From positions 1 through 39,573 of the forward strand of contig CAZIPD010000002.1 in assembly GCA_964541175.1 (NCBI GenBank): DNA of 39,573 nt, read 5' to 3'. Positions within the stretch are counted from its first letter, which is position 1, and every line of letters starts with the position of its first letter. The notes under the pieces were generated by a model. That model was not told the DNA's origin, did not search any database, and saw only the letters and a list, made by a program, of their open reading frames with translations. This stretch comes from an uncultured Pseudomonadales bacterium. Lineage in GTDB: Bacteria > Patescibacteriota > Microgenomatia > UBA1400 > MFAQ01. Of this stretch, positions 8,781 to 17,737 are shown one piece after another. The translations under genes and the position numbers were made by a program.

Positions 8781-9131
8781 TAAGCTAATCTTACCAAAGC
8801 AATTCCCTTTACGCGCACCTTTATCTCTCCCTCTCTATTAACAATATATTTATATAAAGATAGTAGTTATTAGTAGTAGGTGTTGTGGATATGTTGATTA
8901 CCCTGACTGACCGTCTCCCAAATTCCCTGTCAATAACTTAACTCTCATCCAAACATCAATCAATTTCCTCTCTTTAAGACAAATCTATGCCCAAAATGTT
9001 CCGTAAAACCGCCGATCTTTGTTGACAAAGTTCTTGATAACTAAGCTACTTCTCCACCGACTATTGAAAAAACATTTGTCATATCCCCATTTTGTGAAGT
9101 TGTACACACTCTGTGAATTGTCTGTGGATAT
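8781..9131. other. candidate oriC (dnaA-dnaN intergenic region) with an AT-rich unwinding element, TAG-trio repeats and DnaA boxes
   Basis: 351-bp non-coding spacer. The AT-rich tract is at 8838-8862. TAGTAGTTATTAGTAGTAG lies at 8861-8879. TGTGGATAT (reverse complement ATATCCACA, 8/9 to TTATCCACA) occurs at 8884-8892 and again at 9123-9131. Weaker boxes are TTATCTCTC (8821-8829) and TTGTACACA (9100-9108). Confidence 0.6.
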
Positions 9132-10508
9132 CTATGTGTACAATGCCTGTTTTACCGCCAGTATTTTTCTTCTTACATCGGGTTTTTCCTTCATCTCGTC
9201 TTCCATTTTTTCAACCGCATGCATTACCGTACTATGGTCTCTTCCCCCCATCAGCTCGCCTACTTTTTCCAGTTGGATCCCCAAAGAATCTCTGAGCAAA
9301 TACATGGCGATGTGTCTCGCCAAGACCAGCTCGGCTTTCCTGCTTGTTCCCAAAAGATCCTTATTCTTGTAGTCAAAATACTTCGCCACTGTCGAAATAA
9401 CTTTCAACGGCCTAACCTTAACGCTCTGCCCTGAAGAGGCCGGTAGTCCCATGGTTTTCTGTACCATGTCCGAAGTTAGTTGTCCCCCCTCAATACTGGC
9501 CATCGTCGCCAACTGTACAAAAGTGCCCCCTAGCTCCCTGGCATTGGTAGTGAAATTATTCGCCATCATGTCAAAAGCCTCGTCTCCCACGTCCGCCCCC
9601 ATCTCCGCCGCTTTCTGTTTGAGTATCGCCAACCTCATCTCGTAGTCGGGTAAGCCGATATCTACCATCATCCCTCCCAAGAAGCGACTTTTTAGTCTGT
9701 CCTCCAGTAACTGTATCTCCTGAGGTTTACGGTCTGCTGTCATCACGATCTGCACCTGTTTCATCTGTAGCTCATTGAACGTATGGAAAAACTCCTCTTG
9801 AGTTGAGTCTTTTCCCGAGAAGAACTGGATATCGTCGATCAATAATGCCCCCACCAGCCTGTACTTCTTCTTAAATGCATCGGTCATCTTTGAGCGAAAT
9901 GAAGCCACCAGATCATTAGTGAACTGCTCACTGCTGATATACACTACCTTCCCGACCCCCTTCTTCACCAGCTCATGGCCCACGGCGTGCATTAAATGGG
10001 TCTTCCCTACCCCCACCCCACCATAAATGAATAGCGGATTATGTCTGGATCCTGGATTCTCCGCCACGGCCTTGGCGGCAGCGAATGCCAATCTGTTCGG
10101 GCCTCCGACAACATAAGACTCAAAAGTAAATTTAGGGTTCAGATTATTTGCCCTTGTATCCTCCGGCACGGCAAAAAGGCTCTCGCTCTTACTCTTATCC
10201 ACCTTCTGCTCCATCGAGCTTGCTTTGGCCACGGTTTCTTTCTTGGCGTCCACCACCAAAGCCAGATCACACTTTTTCTTTGTCAATCTCTCTACCACCG
10301 TCTTGATCTGACTGTAGTACTTCACCTCCACCGTTCTTGAGTGATATACCGAAGGTGAAGCTAACTCCACTATTATTCGGCTCTCGTCGACCGGGATGAT
10401 AGATCTGATGAAGCAAGGCTTTATCCATGCGGAAAAACCTCCCGGGGTCATCTGGACCTCAAGTTCACCACAAACGCTATCCCACAATCGATCAGAGGTT
10501 ATCTCCAT
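9132..10508 (-). CDS. dnaA: chromosomal replication initiator protein DnaA
   Basis: 458 aa. AAA+ Walker A is GGVGVGKTHL and Walker B is LLIDDIQF. The C-terminal DnaA-box-binding domain is present (LVLARHIAMYLLRD...GGRDHSTVMHA). Confidence 0.97.
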   Translation of the reverse strand: MEITSDRLWDSVCGELEVQMTPGGFSAWIKPCFIRSIIPVDESRIIVELASPSVYHSRTVEVKYYSQIKTVVERLTKKKCDLALVVDAKKETVAKASSMEQKVDKSKSESLFAVPEDTRANNLNPKFTFESYVVGGPNRLAFAAAKAVAENPGSRHNPLFIYGGVGVGKTHLMHAVGHELVKKGVGKVVYISSEQFTNDLVASFRSKMTDAFKKKYRLVGALLIDDIQFFSGKDSTQEEFFHTFNELQMKQVQIVMTADRKPQEIQLLEDRLKSRFLGGMMVDIGLPDYEMRLAILKQKAAEMGADVGDEAFDMMANNFTTNARELGGTFVQLATMASIEGGQLTSDMVQKTMGLPASSGQSVKVRPLKVISTVAKYFDYKNKDLLGTSRKAELVLARHIAMYLLRDSLGIQLEKVGELMGGRDHSTVMHAVEKMEDEMKEKPDVRRKILAVKQALYT

Positions 10509-10553
10509 ATGGTCAACTACTTACTAACGGGGCAGATAATCTATTTGTAGCAC

Positions 10554-10570
10554 TTATCCACATTTCCACA
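10554..10570 (+). promoter_or_regulatory. DnaA box pair in the dnaA upstream region
   Basis: A perfect consensus TTATCCACA lies at 10554-10562, directly followed by ATTTCCACA at 10562-10570. The pair sits 46-62 nt upstream of the dnaA ATG on the opposite strand, which is consistent with autoregulation or the second half of a bipartite origin. Confidence 0.65.
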
Positions 10571-10603
10571 ACCCCCAGCTTACCCAAAAAGACTGTATCA
10601 GAG

Positions 10604-10641
10604 TATAATAACCCAACGCACCTTAACTCTATTCCAGGAGG
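10604..10641 (+). promoter_or_regulatory. -10 element and Shine-Dalgarno for the 10647 ORF
   Basis: TATAAT lies at 10604-10609. AGGAGG lies at 10636-10641, 5 nt before the ATG. Confidence 0.4.
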
Positions 10642-10646
10642 AAAAA

Positions 10647-11165
10647 ATGTCCGTTCGCAATGATGCTAAAGCCATTTTAGCCAAGCTGACCGAAGCTTCG
10701 AGGCTCCCTAAAAGCGCGCCTCCACGCAGCCAGATTGAAAAGATCAATGATCAACTCGTCCGGCTCTTATCCTCAGATGAAATGTCGCCACTGATGGATT
10801 TCCTTACCGATTACTCCCCCAGAACGACCAGCAGTTACGGCTACCTCTTTGACCCTATCCCCACCGTTGATCTCAAGCCCGCCCTAAAGGCAAGCAAGAA
10901 TCCTCGCTCACAGTATTACTGTGCCAGGTACAAAGTTGAAGATTATGGCTGGATCTATCTTGTTCCCCTCCTTGGGGACCCGGATTTCGCCCTGGTCCTC
11001 AAACCGTCCCGGCCACTCCGCCGCGATATCCATGTCAATTCTGCCACGGTAAAAGGTTTTTCTCTTACCGTTGTCTACCCCCCGTACGAGGATCTTGGCC
11101 GTTTGGTACTTGTCTGGGCTGTTGTTATTGAAGCTATCAAGCTTCAGCATGATAACAAGAAATAA
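10647..11165 (+). CDS. hypothetical protein (orphan inserted between dnaA and rpmH)
   Basis: 172-aa ATG ORF with a strong SD and its own downstream intrinsic terminator. I recognise no motifs. Confidence 0.65.
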   Translation: MSVRNDAKAILAKLTEASRLPKSAPPRSQIEKINDQLVRLLSSDEMSPLMDFLTDYSPRTTSSYGYLFDPIPTVDLKPALKASKNPRSQYYCARYKVEDYGWIYLVPLLGDPDFALVLKPSRPLRRDIHVNSATVKGFSLTVVYPPYEDLGRLVLVWAVVIEAIKLQHDNKK

Positions 11166-11179
11166 GTGTTGGAAATTTT

Positions 11180-11206
11180 GGCAGGGTTAACCCCCTGCCT
11201 TTTTTG
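11180..11206 (+). terminator. rho-independent terminator
   Basis: GGCAGGG-TTAACC-CCCTGCC followed by TTTTTT. Confidence 0.75.
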
Positions 11207-11219
11207 TACCAATGTATCG

Positions 11220-11225
11220 TATAAT
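11220..11225 (+). promoter_or_regulatory. -10 box upstream of rpmH
   Basis: TATAAT lies 31 nt upstream of the rpmH ATG. There is no convincing -35. Confidence 0.35.
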
Positions 11226-11256
11226 AACCACCGCCTTTAAATGATAAAATAAGCAC

Positions 11257-11394
11257 ATGCCAAAAAGAGTCTACCAACCTAAAAAAATGAAACGCGTCCG
11301 TACTCATGGATTCAGAATTAAGATGTCCACCGCCGCTGGCCGTAACGTTATCGCTCGCCGCCGCGCCAAAGGTCGCGCCAAACTGACCGTTTAA
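11257..11394 (+). CDS. rpmH: 50S ribosomal protein L34
   Basis: This ORF is below the ORF-track size cut-off. My own translation is [45 protein letters not shown] (45 aa), the canonical L34 sequence, immediately upstream of rnpA. Confidence 0.92.
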   Translation: MPKRVYQPKKMKRVRTHGFRIKMSTAAGRNVIARRRAKGRAKLTV

Positions 11395-11399
11395 TAACT

Positions 11400-11747
11400 A
11401 TGGCTCTTCCCCTAATTAATCGTCTTCCTCTCAAAGGTCAGAGGGAGAGAATTGATAAAGAGGGTTCTCCTCTCCACTCTTCTCTGTTCACCATTGTCCT
11501 AGCACCCTCACCGAAAGGCACGGTTCACCCTCGCCTTGCCGTTTTGGTATCCAAAAAGATCAGTAACCTCGCCGTCGACAGGAACCGTCTCAAACGCCAA
11601 GTTCTAAATGCCGTATATGACCTCCTTGACATGATCAAACCCGCCGACTACCTCATTATTCCCAAGAAAATAGCCAAAGATCAGGAATTTTCTACCCTCT
11701 TACTGGATTTAAAAAAACTACTCACTCATGATTCGGCTACTCCTTGA
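11400..11747 (+). CDS. rnpA: ribonuclease P protein component
   Basis: 115 aa with the RNR-type motif VSKKISNLAVDRNRLKRQ. It sits in the rpmH-rnpA-yidD-yidC synteny. Confidence 0.85.
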   Translation: MALPLINRLPLKGQRERIDKEGSPLHSSLFTIVLAPSPKGTVHPRLAVLVSKKISNLAVDRNRLKRQVLNAVYDLLDMIKPADYLIIPKKIAKDQEFSTLLLDLKKLLTHDSATP

Positions 11748-11970
11748 TTTCTACCACAAAGCTATCTCCCCTATCACTCATTCAATTGGCCAAGCACTTT
11801 TCGGTTCTCACTTCGCTTGTCGTTTCACCCCCACCTGTTCTCAGTATGCTCGCCTATCCATCAAGCGTTATGGTATTATCACAGGGGCAAGAATGGCGCT
11901 ATTAAGATTCATTCGCTGTCAACCATTCTCCCGGGGAGGTTTTGACCCGGTACCTGATAAAATCAAATAG
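11728..11970 (+). CDS. yidD: membrane protein insertion efficiency factor YidD
   Basis: 80 aa with CRFTPTCSQYA...RCQPFSRGGFDPVP. It overlaps rnpA by 20 nt. Confidence 0.9.
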   Translation: MIRLLLDFYHKAISPITHSIGQALFGSHFACRFTPTCSQYARLSIKRYGIITGARMALLRFIRCQPFSRGGFDPVPDKIK

Positions 11971-11972
11971 CT

Positions 11973-12716
11973 ATGTTTTCATTCATCTCAAATATCATCT
12001 ATCAACCACTCCTTTTCTTCTATCGTATTTTCGGTGGCAATCTCGGACTCTCCATAATTGCCCTTACCCTCCTCATCAAAGTAGTTCTCATTCCTCTCGT
12101 CATTCCTACCATCAAGTCCGCCAAAAAGATGCAAGATCTTAAACCTGCACTGGACAAACTAAAAACAAAACACACCGACAAAGCCAAACTTCAACAAGCT
12201 CAACTGGAACTCTACAAACAAAACGGCATCAATCCGGCCGCCGGTTGTCTTCCCCAAATCGTCCAGATCGTCGTTCTCATAGCCCTCTATCAAGTGTTCA
12301 TGAAATTCCTTGGCCAGTCGGAAGTTTCCGGTATTGCCCTAAACCCCAACTTCCTCTATCTCAATCTCAACAAACCCGACCAATTCTATATTCTCCCTGT
12401 TCTCGCCGGCATCACTCAGTTCGTTTTTTCCCTCATGATGCAGTCCGGTCTTGAATCACATGTACACAACCCCAAGAAGAATACCGACAAGAAAAAAGAA
12501 GAAGATAGTCTTGAAATGGCCGCTAGCATGCAGACCCAGATGGTCTACATGATGCCCGTCATGACCACGGTGATCTCTCTTAACTTTCAGTCCGGTCTCG
12601 TCCTCTACTGGGTTATCTCTACTCTCTTTTCGATCGTTCAGCAATATTATTTTTCCGGTTGGGGTGGTCTCAAACCATTCCTCGTCAAGATCAGAATTAT
12701 AAAAGTTAATCAATAA
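11973..12716 (+). CDS. yidC: YidC/Oxa1-family membrane protein insertase (short form)
   Basis: 247 aa with NGINPAAGCLPQIVQIVVLIALYQV and multiple TM helices, in conserved synteny. Confidence 0.85.
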   Translation: MFSFISNIIYQPLLFFYRIFGGNLGLSIIALTLLIKVVLIPLVIPTIKSAKKMQDLKPALDKLKTKHTDKAKLQQAQLELYKQNGINPAAGCLPQIVQIVVLIALYQVFMKFLGQSEVSGIALNPNFLYLNLNKPDQFYILPVLAGITQFVFSLMMQSGLESHVHNPKKNTDKKKEEDSLEMAASMQTQMVYMMPVMTTVISLNFQSGLVLYWVISTLFSIVQQYYFSGWGGLKPFLVKIRIIKVNQ

Positions 12717-12718
12717 AC

Positions 12719-13174
12719 ATGGACAGCTCTAAAGTCACCGAAGTACTCACCAATATTCTTACCCTTCTCGGGTTGACAGAAGACCAAATACTAATTGAAG
12801 TCGTTGAGACTGACAACATCAACATCTCTCTTACTGTCCCTCTCGATAGAGCCGGTGTTTTTGTCGGTCGTCATGGAGAAGGCTTATCTGCCTTAAGAAT
12901 GATCTTCTCTCTCGTCCTCTTTCAAAGATTCGCCTTTTGGCCGAAACTCCATCTCAATGTGAATGACTATCAAGAACGTCGTGAAGACGCTCTCCGCGAG
13001 TTGGCCAACAACGCCGCTCAAAGATCCGTTGACCTCCAAAAAGAGATCATCCTTCCCAACCTCAGTTCTTATGAACGCCGTATCGTCCACATGATCCTGT
13101 CTGAATTCCCCGGTATTCGAACCGAGTCTCGTGGAGAAGCTCCTTACAGACAGATGTACATCATTCCTGTTTAA
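12719..13174 (+). CDS. jag: Jag/KhpB-like RNA-binding protein (KH plus R3H, lacking the Jag_N domain)
   Basis: 151 aa. The KH GXXG motif is VGRHGEGL. The R3H region is SSYERRIVHMILSEFPGIRTES. It follows yidC. Confidence 0.8.
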   Translation: MDSSKVTEVLTNILTLLGLTEDQILIEVVETDNINISLTVPLDRAGVFVGRHGEGLSALRMIFSLVLFQRFAFWPKLHLNVNDYQERREDALRELANNAAQRSVDLQKEIILPNLSSYERRIVHMILSEFPGIRTESRGEAPYRQMYIIPV

Positions 13175-13204
13175 GATCCGCTCCCTCGTGTACAATCCGT
13201 CTTA

Positions 13205-14347
13205 ATGGTCGGACGGACTCTCATCTTTCTCATTATCTTTTTCCTTCCAACCCAACTTGGAAAACATTTTTGGGGAGATTTTTCCCAGGTAGGAGGATTT
13301 CGGATCGACTACCTTTCCCCTACCCTCTATTTCACCGATATTCTGATCGGACTTTATCTTCTCCATTCTCTCACCGGACTAATTACCTGGATAAGAAAAA
13401 ATTCTCGGCCTGCGCTCCTTCTACTCGGTTTCATCTCCATTAATCTTCTTTTCTCATTGTCACCGATAGCCTCTTTCTTTGTCTGGCTCCGTTGGCTACT
13501 ATATTTCTCCTTAGTTATAGCTCTAAATATTAACCGGGTTACCCTCAAGTCAGTCATTCTTCCCCTGTCACTTTCACTAATCCTCCTTGTCTTGCTCGAA
13601 ACTCTTCAGCTATTTTTCCAGTCATCGGTTGGTGGAATATTTTGGTTCCTGGGTGAGAGGACTTTTAATCAAGCTACCCCTCAAGTAGCCAAGCTCATCG
13701 TCAACGGCAGGATTATCCTTCGTCCCTACTCCACCTTTTCCCACCCGAACTCACTTGGTGGATTTCTTCTCCTCGTCCTTTTTCTTCTCGGGCAAACGAA
13801 ATCTACTGTCCTCAAAATGATCTCCCTTGTAGGCATTATCCTAACCTTCTCCAAAACTGCCATTATTACCACCCTCCTTTTTTTGGCCGGTGTGTTCAAA
13901 AAGAACAGACTCCTCCTCATTCTCGCTCTTCCTCTAATCCCCCTCCTTATAACCCCGGTCGCGGATTACTCTGTATCACTCTCCGCTCGCTCCTACTTAC
14001 TCTCACCTACTCTAAGTATTATCCGTCTCTATCCCCTCTTTGGAGTTGGTCTGGGAGGATATCTACCGGCACTGGTAGATAATCTTCCTGATAACCAGGT
14101 GACCCCATCTCTGATCCAGCCGGTTCACAACCTCCCGCTTCTCCTCATATCGGAGATAGGACTATTCGGAGTGGGATTGCTACTTTATCTCACCCTCAAG
14201 TCAAAAATACTCCACAATCCTTCCGTACTGGAGCTCCTTTCGATAGTGCTGCTCACTGGAGGATTTGATCATTACTGGCTGACTCTTCCTCAAAACAAGC
14301 TCATCCTTTTATTAGCGCTCTACTTTGTCTACAATAAACACCAATGA
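13205..14347 (+). CDS. O-antigen ligase/polymerase-like (Wzy_C-type) polytopic membrane protein
   Basis: 380 aa with ~10 TM helices. The loop HPNSLGGFLLL...FSKTAIITTLLF is typical of the O-antigen ligase family. Confidence 0.55.
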   Translation: MVGRTLIFLIIFFLPTQLGKHFWGDFSQVGGFRIDYLSPTLYFTDILIGLYLLHSLTGLITWIRKNSRPALLLLGFISINLLFSLSPIASFFVWLRWLLYFSLVIALNINRVTLKSVILPLSLSLILLVLLETLQLFFQSSVGGIFWFLGERTFNQATPQVAKLIVNGRIILRPYSTFSHPNSLGGFLLLVLFLLGQTKSTVLKMISLVGIILTFSKTAIITTLLFLAGVFKKNRLLLILALPLIPLLITPVADYSVSLSARSYLLSPTLSIIRLYPLFGVGLGGYLPALVDNLPDNQVTPSLIQPVHNLPLLLISEIGLFGVGLLLYLTLKSKILHNPSVLELLSIVLLTGGFDHYWLTLPQNKLILLLALYFVYNKHQ

Positions 14348-14775
14348 CACAAAAATACTCACTCATAGAGATCCACACGGACGGAGGCTCCAGGGGGAAT
14401 CCCGGTCCTGCAGGTATTGGTGCCTGGGCAACCTCCGATGGACAGGAAATCTTTAGCCTTTCCGAAAAGATCGGTGAGACCACCAACAACGTCGCCGAAT
14501 ACACGGCTGTTCTCAGGTCTCTGGAGACCCTAAAGGAAAAAGATCTCCGTTCCACCAAGCTCCGCTTTGTACTGGACTCCGAACTCATCGTCCGCCAGAT
14601 CACCGGCATATATAAAGTCAAACAACCTCACCTTAAAGAACTCCGTCATCAAATAGTTACCCTTATCAATGGACTTAAAGAAGGAAAGATCATCGAGCAA
14701 CTATCCTTCAAGACGGTACCAAGGGAAATGAATAAAGAAGCGGATCAGTTGGTTAACGATGCCTTGGATTCCTAA
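14344..14775 (+). CDS. rnhA: ribonuclease HI
   Basis: 143 aa. The DEDD catalytic pattern is present: HTDGGSRGNPGPAG, NNVAEYTA, LDSELIV, NKEADQLVNDA. It overlaps the upstream gene by 4 nt (ATGA). Confidence 0.85.
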   Translation: MTQKYSLIEIHTDGGSRGNPGPAGIGAWATSDGQEIFSLSEKIGETTNNVAEYTAVLRSLETLKEKDLRSTKLRFVLDSELIVRQITGIYKVKQPHLKELRHQIVTLINGLKEGKIIEQLSFKTVPREMNKEADQLVNDALDS

Positions 14776-14800
14776 AAAAATAGAATTATAGTTTTTTCAC

Positions 14801-14826
14801 GACCGCCATTTATCAGGCGGTTTTTG
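14801..14826 (+). terminator. rho-independent terminator after rnhA
   Basis: GACCGCC-ATTTATCA-GGCGGT followed by TTTTT. Confidence 0.65.
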
Positions 14827-14989
14827 TATGTAATTTTAGTTGTGGAAAAGTAATTGATGCCTAGGCATCCGTTTTCATGTGGGAAGGGTAAGAACAAAGA
14901 ATGTTTTTTAGTAGGTTCAATAAAGAAATATAGCAAGCACGAAAGATAACATCAAAAAATGTAATAACAATATTTTTGTTGATTCTGAT

Positions 14990-17698
14990 ATGAGACTTCC
15001 AAAGTTGGGTATACTTATTTCAGTGCCACGAAAATCTACCCCGATATCGGTCGAATCGAACAATAATAATCTAGTCGAAATTTTTCTCAAACTCGACGAG
15101 ATCTTAGATGTTAGATTCATCTCCGACCCGGGACTCCATAGTGCCAAGTACTCCATTTACCTGGCTGATCTAAGCTCAGACATCACCAACCTCAGTCAAG
15201 ATCTGATTAGGATACTCAGTGATTGCCAGGAAAGGCAGGTGAAAATTGTCATCTGCCTCATCTTTAAAGAAAAAATTGATATTGAAAAAGTCCATTATCT
15301 AAAAAAACTACTTGAGTCCATAGATCAAAGCCCTCCGCTATACCGCCTTTGTTTTGTCAGGGATCTGTATCAAGACGTCACTCCCCTCCCGGCAACTTAT
15401 CTCGATTCCCTTCTCTATCAAGCAATTCAAGATTCCAAATGGAAAACATCGATCAAGGGAAAAAATTTGTATTTCCCTTTACACGTTGTTGACTTTGTAT
15501 CTGTCATAAAGAAGATCCTTTTCCTTAACAACACATCTGGTAAAAACTTCTGGGTCTTCGGCGACAAGTACTCTGATCTCGAAATTGGCTTCTTATTAAA
15601 AAACATCCTCTCTGATACGGTTGAAATATTTGACATCGAATCTACTACCCAAGACTTTGAAGAAGAAGCTCAGTACTTCAACTCCGGGAATGACACTCAA
15701 ATTTCCCTTGGTTGGCGTCCCGATTCGGACTTCGATCAACATCTTAAAAAATTGACGGAACAATATTGCCTTATAGAACAAAACAAGGAAGAAATAAAGG
15801 ATCAGCAGGGAAACTCCTTGGCCAAAAAGAAATTTCTAGGGTTAAAACACCTATTATCCAATTTCAACGTAAAACATCACGGTTTAAGGATCAGAAATAG
15901 ATTTCTGGCGCTTTCTCTTAAGGGACTCATCGCTGTTTCCCTTATTTACATAGCCACGGCAGCCGTTTTTTATTGGTCACTACAGAAAGAATACTCGAGT
16001 TTAAATCAGGCACTGAACCTGGCGGGAAAAGGGGAGCTGGAAAAGTCCGTCGCAGAAGTCGATAATCTACGTTTTTACAATCAAATTAGCCAATTTACGA
16101 TTGAACCCATAAAACCGGTAATACAACTGGTTCACCCACAAACCGCGGAAGAACTGAATAATTTGTTCGCCTTCAACAACTATCTCTCCCTTAGCCTCGA
16201 AAATCTTCAACAAACATACGTCTTGGCGGACAAGATCTACAAAAGTCTTCAGGATAGCCAAGTAGACCTCGATTCAAATGAAGTCTCGCTCGCACTTCAA
16301 TCCAATCTTTCTCTGGTATATGAGAATCTAATTCAGATCAAGGTATCACTGGAATCGAAAAAACTTCCCGGTAGGGTAGTGGAGAAAATAAAAAAAAGCG
16401 ACCAATTCGCCAAACTAGCTGAGATCGAGTCACAAATATCCCAAGCAATGAAACTGACCGAAGTTCTGCCTGTCATATTAGGCAGCACTAAAGCGGTTAA
16501 TCTGGGAATACTGGTCCAAGATCAAGACGAGATCCGTCCTACTGGGGGACTGATAAAACGATTAATTGTCCTTACCTTTCAAAGCGGCAAGATCACTGAC
16601 ACCAAATCCTGGTCTCCACTCGATATAGACGCCGTAGCCGAAGGGTCATCCAAAGCACCGGAAATACTGTCCAGAATAACCGGTACTCAAAATTTCAAAT
16701 TTTCCGACATGAACTACGCCGCGGATTTCTCTCAAACGGCGGAATATATTAGTTGGTTCCTGGAAAGGACGATCGATCTTGATCTGGACTTTCTAGTTGG
16801 CCTCAATAAAAGCTTCTTTGAAAAAATGTTAGCTGAGGATCAAGCACTGGAAATAAATGGAAAAGTAATTAAAGTCCAGGATCTAAGATCAACAAGCTCC
16901 GATACAGACATTTCCAAAGAAATTGTCGACTACTATCTCTCTGCTTTTGATTCCGGCAAGCTCCCACTGGTCACTCTCGGTAGAGCCGTTCTCTCCGAGA
17001 TCGAAGAGGGGAATCTCAAGATCTTCTCAAAAGATGAATCCACTAAAAAGATCCTTGCCAGACTTCCACTTTCCGGGATCATTGCCGACCTTCCTTGTCA
17101 TTCGGGTCTGTCCGACTATCAAAACTGCCTCAGTCAAGTCACCTACCTCAATGAGGGTAACTTCATCTTTGCTCCCGTCAATCACTCTTTAACCAGGGAG
17201 ACTGTCCACTCCATCGACCTTGGTTCCGACCAATTCACCCATGAATATAGACTAAAATACTCCTTCAAAAACGACTTCAGCCTACTGAACAGACCATACC
17301 AGGTCATCTATCAACTTTTCGCCCCTTCCGGGTCGGAAGTGAATAAAATTGAGGTCGATGGTCAACAATCTGTAGAGATAAGCAGCCTGGTCAAACTCAG
17401 ACACGGTCAGTTCGAGTATTTTCAAATTCCCCTTTCATTTCCGGCATTAGGCGACCATGAAGTTAACATTACCTTCTCCACCCCTCTCTCTTTCATCTTT
17501 GATCCTGCAAAGACCGCTCTTTCGTTCACGGAAATTCGACAGCCCGGCCTTTCGGGTAAAGGTACACTCCTCATGGTCAAAATTGCCGACAACACCAGGC
17601 CACTGGCCATAACCCATCAGATACAGACCGTTCAAGGTTCGCTTGCCGTACAACTTCCTCCGCAAACCACCACTTTTGGGCTCGGTCTAGGGTACTAA
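14990..17698 (+). CDS. DUF4012-domain membrane protein with a degenerate Rossmann-like N-terminal domain
   Basis: 902 aa. A single TM helix lies near residue 310 (LIAVSLIYIATAAVFYW). The extracytoplasmic part carries the DUF4012-like motif LGILVQDQDEIRPTGGLI. The N-terminal ~300 aa look like an epimerase-type fold without GxxGxxG. The exact start is uncertain. Confidence 0.6.
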   Translation: MRLPKLGILISVPRKSTPISVESNNNNLVEIFLKLDEILDVRFISDPGLHSAKYSIYLADLSSDITNLSQDLIRILSDCQERQVKIVICLIFKEKIDIEKVHYLKKLLESIDQSPPLYRLCFVRDLYQDVTPLPATYLDSLLYQAIQDSKWKTSIKGKNLYFPLHVVDFVSVIKKILFLNNTSGKNFWVFGDKYSDLEIGFLLKNILSDTVEIFDIESTTQDFEEEAQYFNSGNDTQISLGWRPDSDFDQHLKKLTEQYCLIEQNKEEIKDQQGNSLAKKKFLGLKHLLSNFNVKHHGLRIRNRFLALSLKGLIAVSLIYIATAAVFYWSLQKEYSSLNQALNLAGKGELEKSVAEVDNLRFYNQISQFTIEPIKPVIQLVHPQTAEELNNLFAFNNYLSLSLENLQQTYVLADKIYKSLQDSQVDLDSNEVSLALQSNLSLVYENLIQIKVSLESKKLPGRVVEKIKKSDQFAKLAEIESQISQAMKLTEVLPVILGSTKAVNLGILVQDQDEIRPTGGLIKRLIVLTFQSGKITDTKSWSPLDIDAVAEGSSKAPEILSRITGTQNFKFSDMNYAADFSQTAEYISWFLERTIDLDLDFLVGLNKSFFEKMLAEDQALEINGKVIKVQDLRSTSSDTDISKEIVDYYLSAFDSGKLPLVTLGRAVLSEIEEGNLKIFSKDESTKKILARLPLSGIIADLPCHSGLSDYQNCLSQVTYLNEGNFIFAPVNHSLTRETVHSIDLGSDQFTHEYRLKYSFKNDFSLLNRPYQVIYQLFAPSGSEVNKIEVDGQQSVEISSLVKLRHGQFEYFQIPLSFPALGDHEVNITFSTPLSFIFDPAKTALSFTEIRQPGLSGKGTLLMVKIADNTRPLAITHQIQTVQGSLAVQLPPQTTTFGLGLGY

Positions 17699-17737
17699 AC
17701 TTGCTAAAACCCTTCCCCGTAAGCTACAATACGACCC

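Noticed and set aside
9019-9372. 117-aa plus-strand ORF (TTG start) spanning the oriC spacer and the dnaA 3' end
   Set aside because: It is antisense to dnaA and starts in the non-coding origin region. The translation is hydrophobic low-complexity and there is no RBS.
14841-14849. Isolated DnaA-box-like 9-mers: TGTGGAAAA at 14841-14849 and TTTTCCACA at 35564-35572
   Set aside because: These are single one-mismatch boxes far from the origin and are expected by chance in 40 kb. They are neither clustered nor next to an AT-rich unwinding element.
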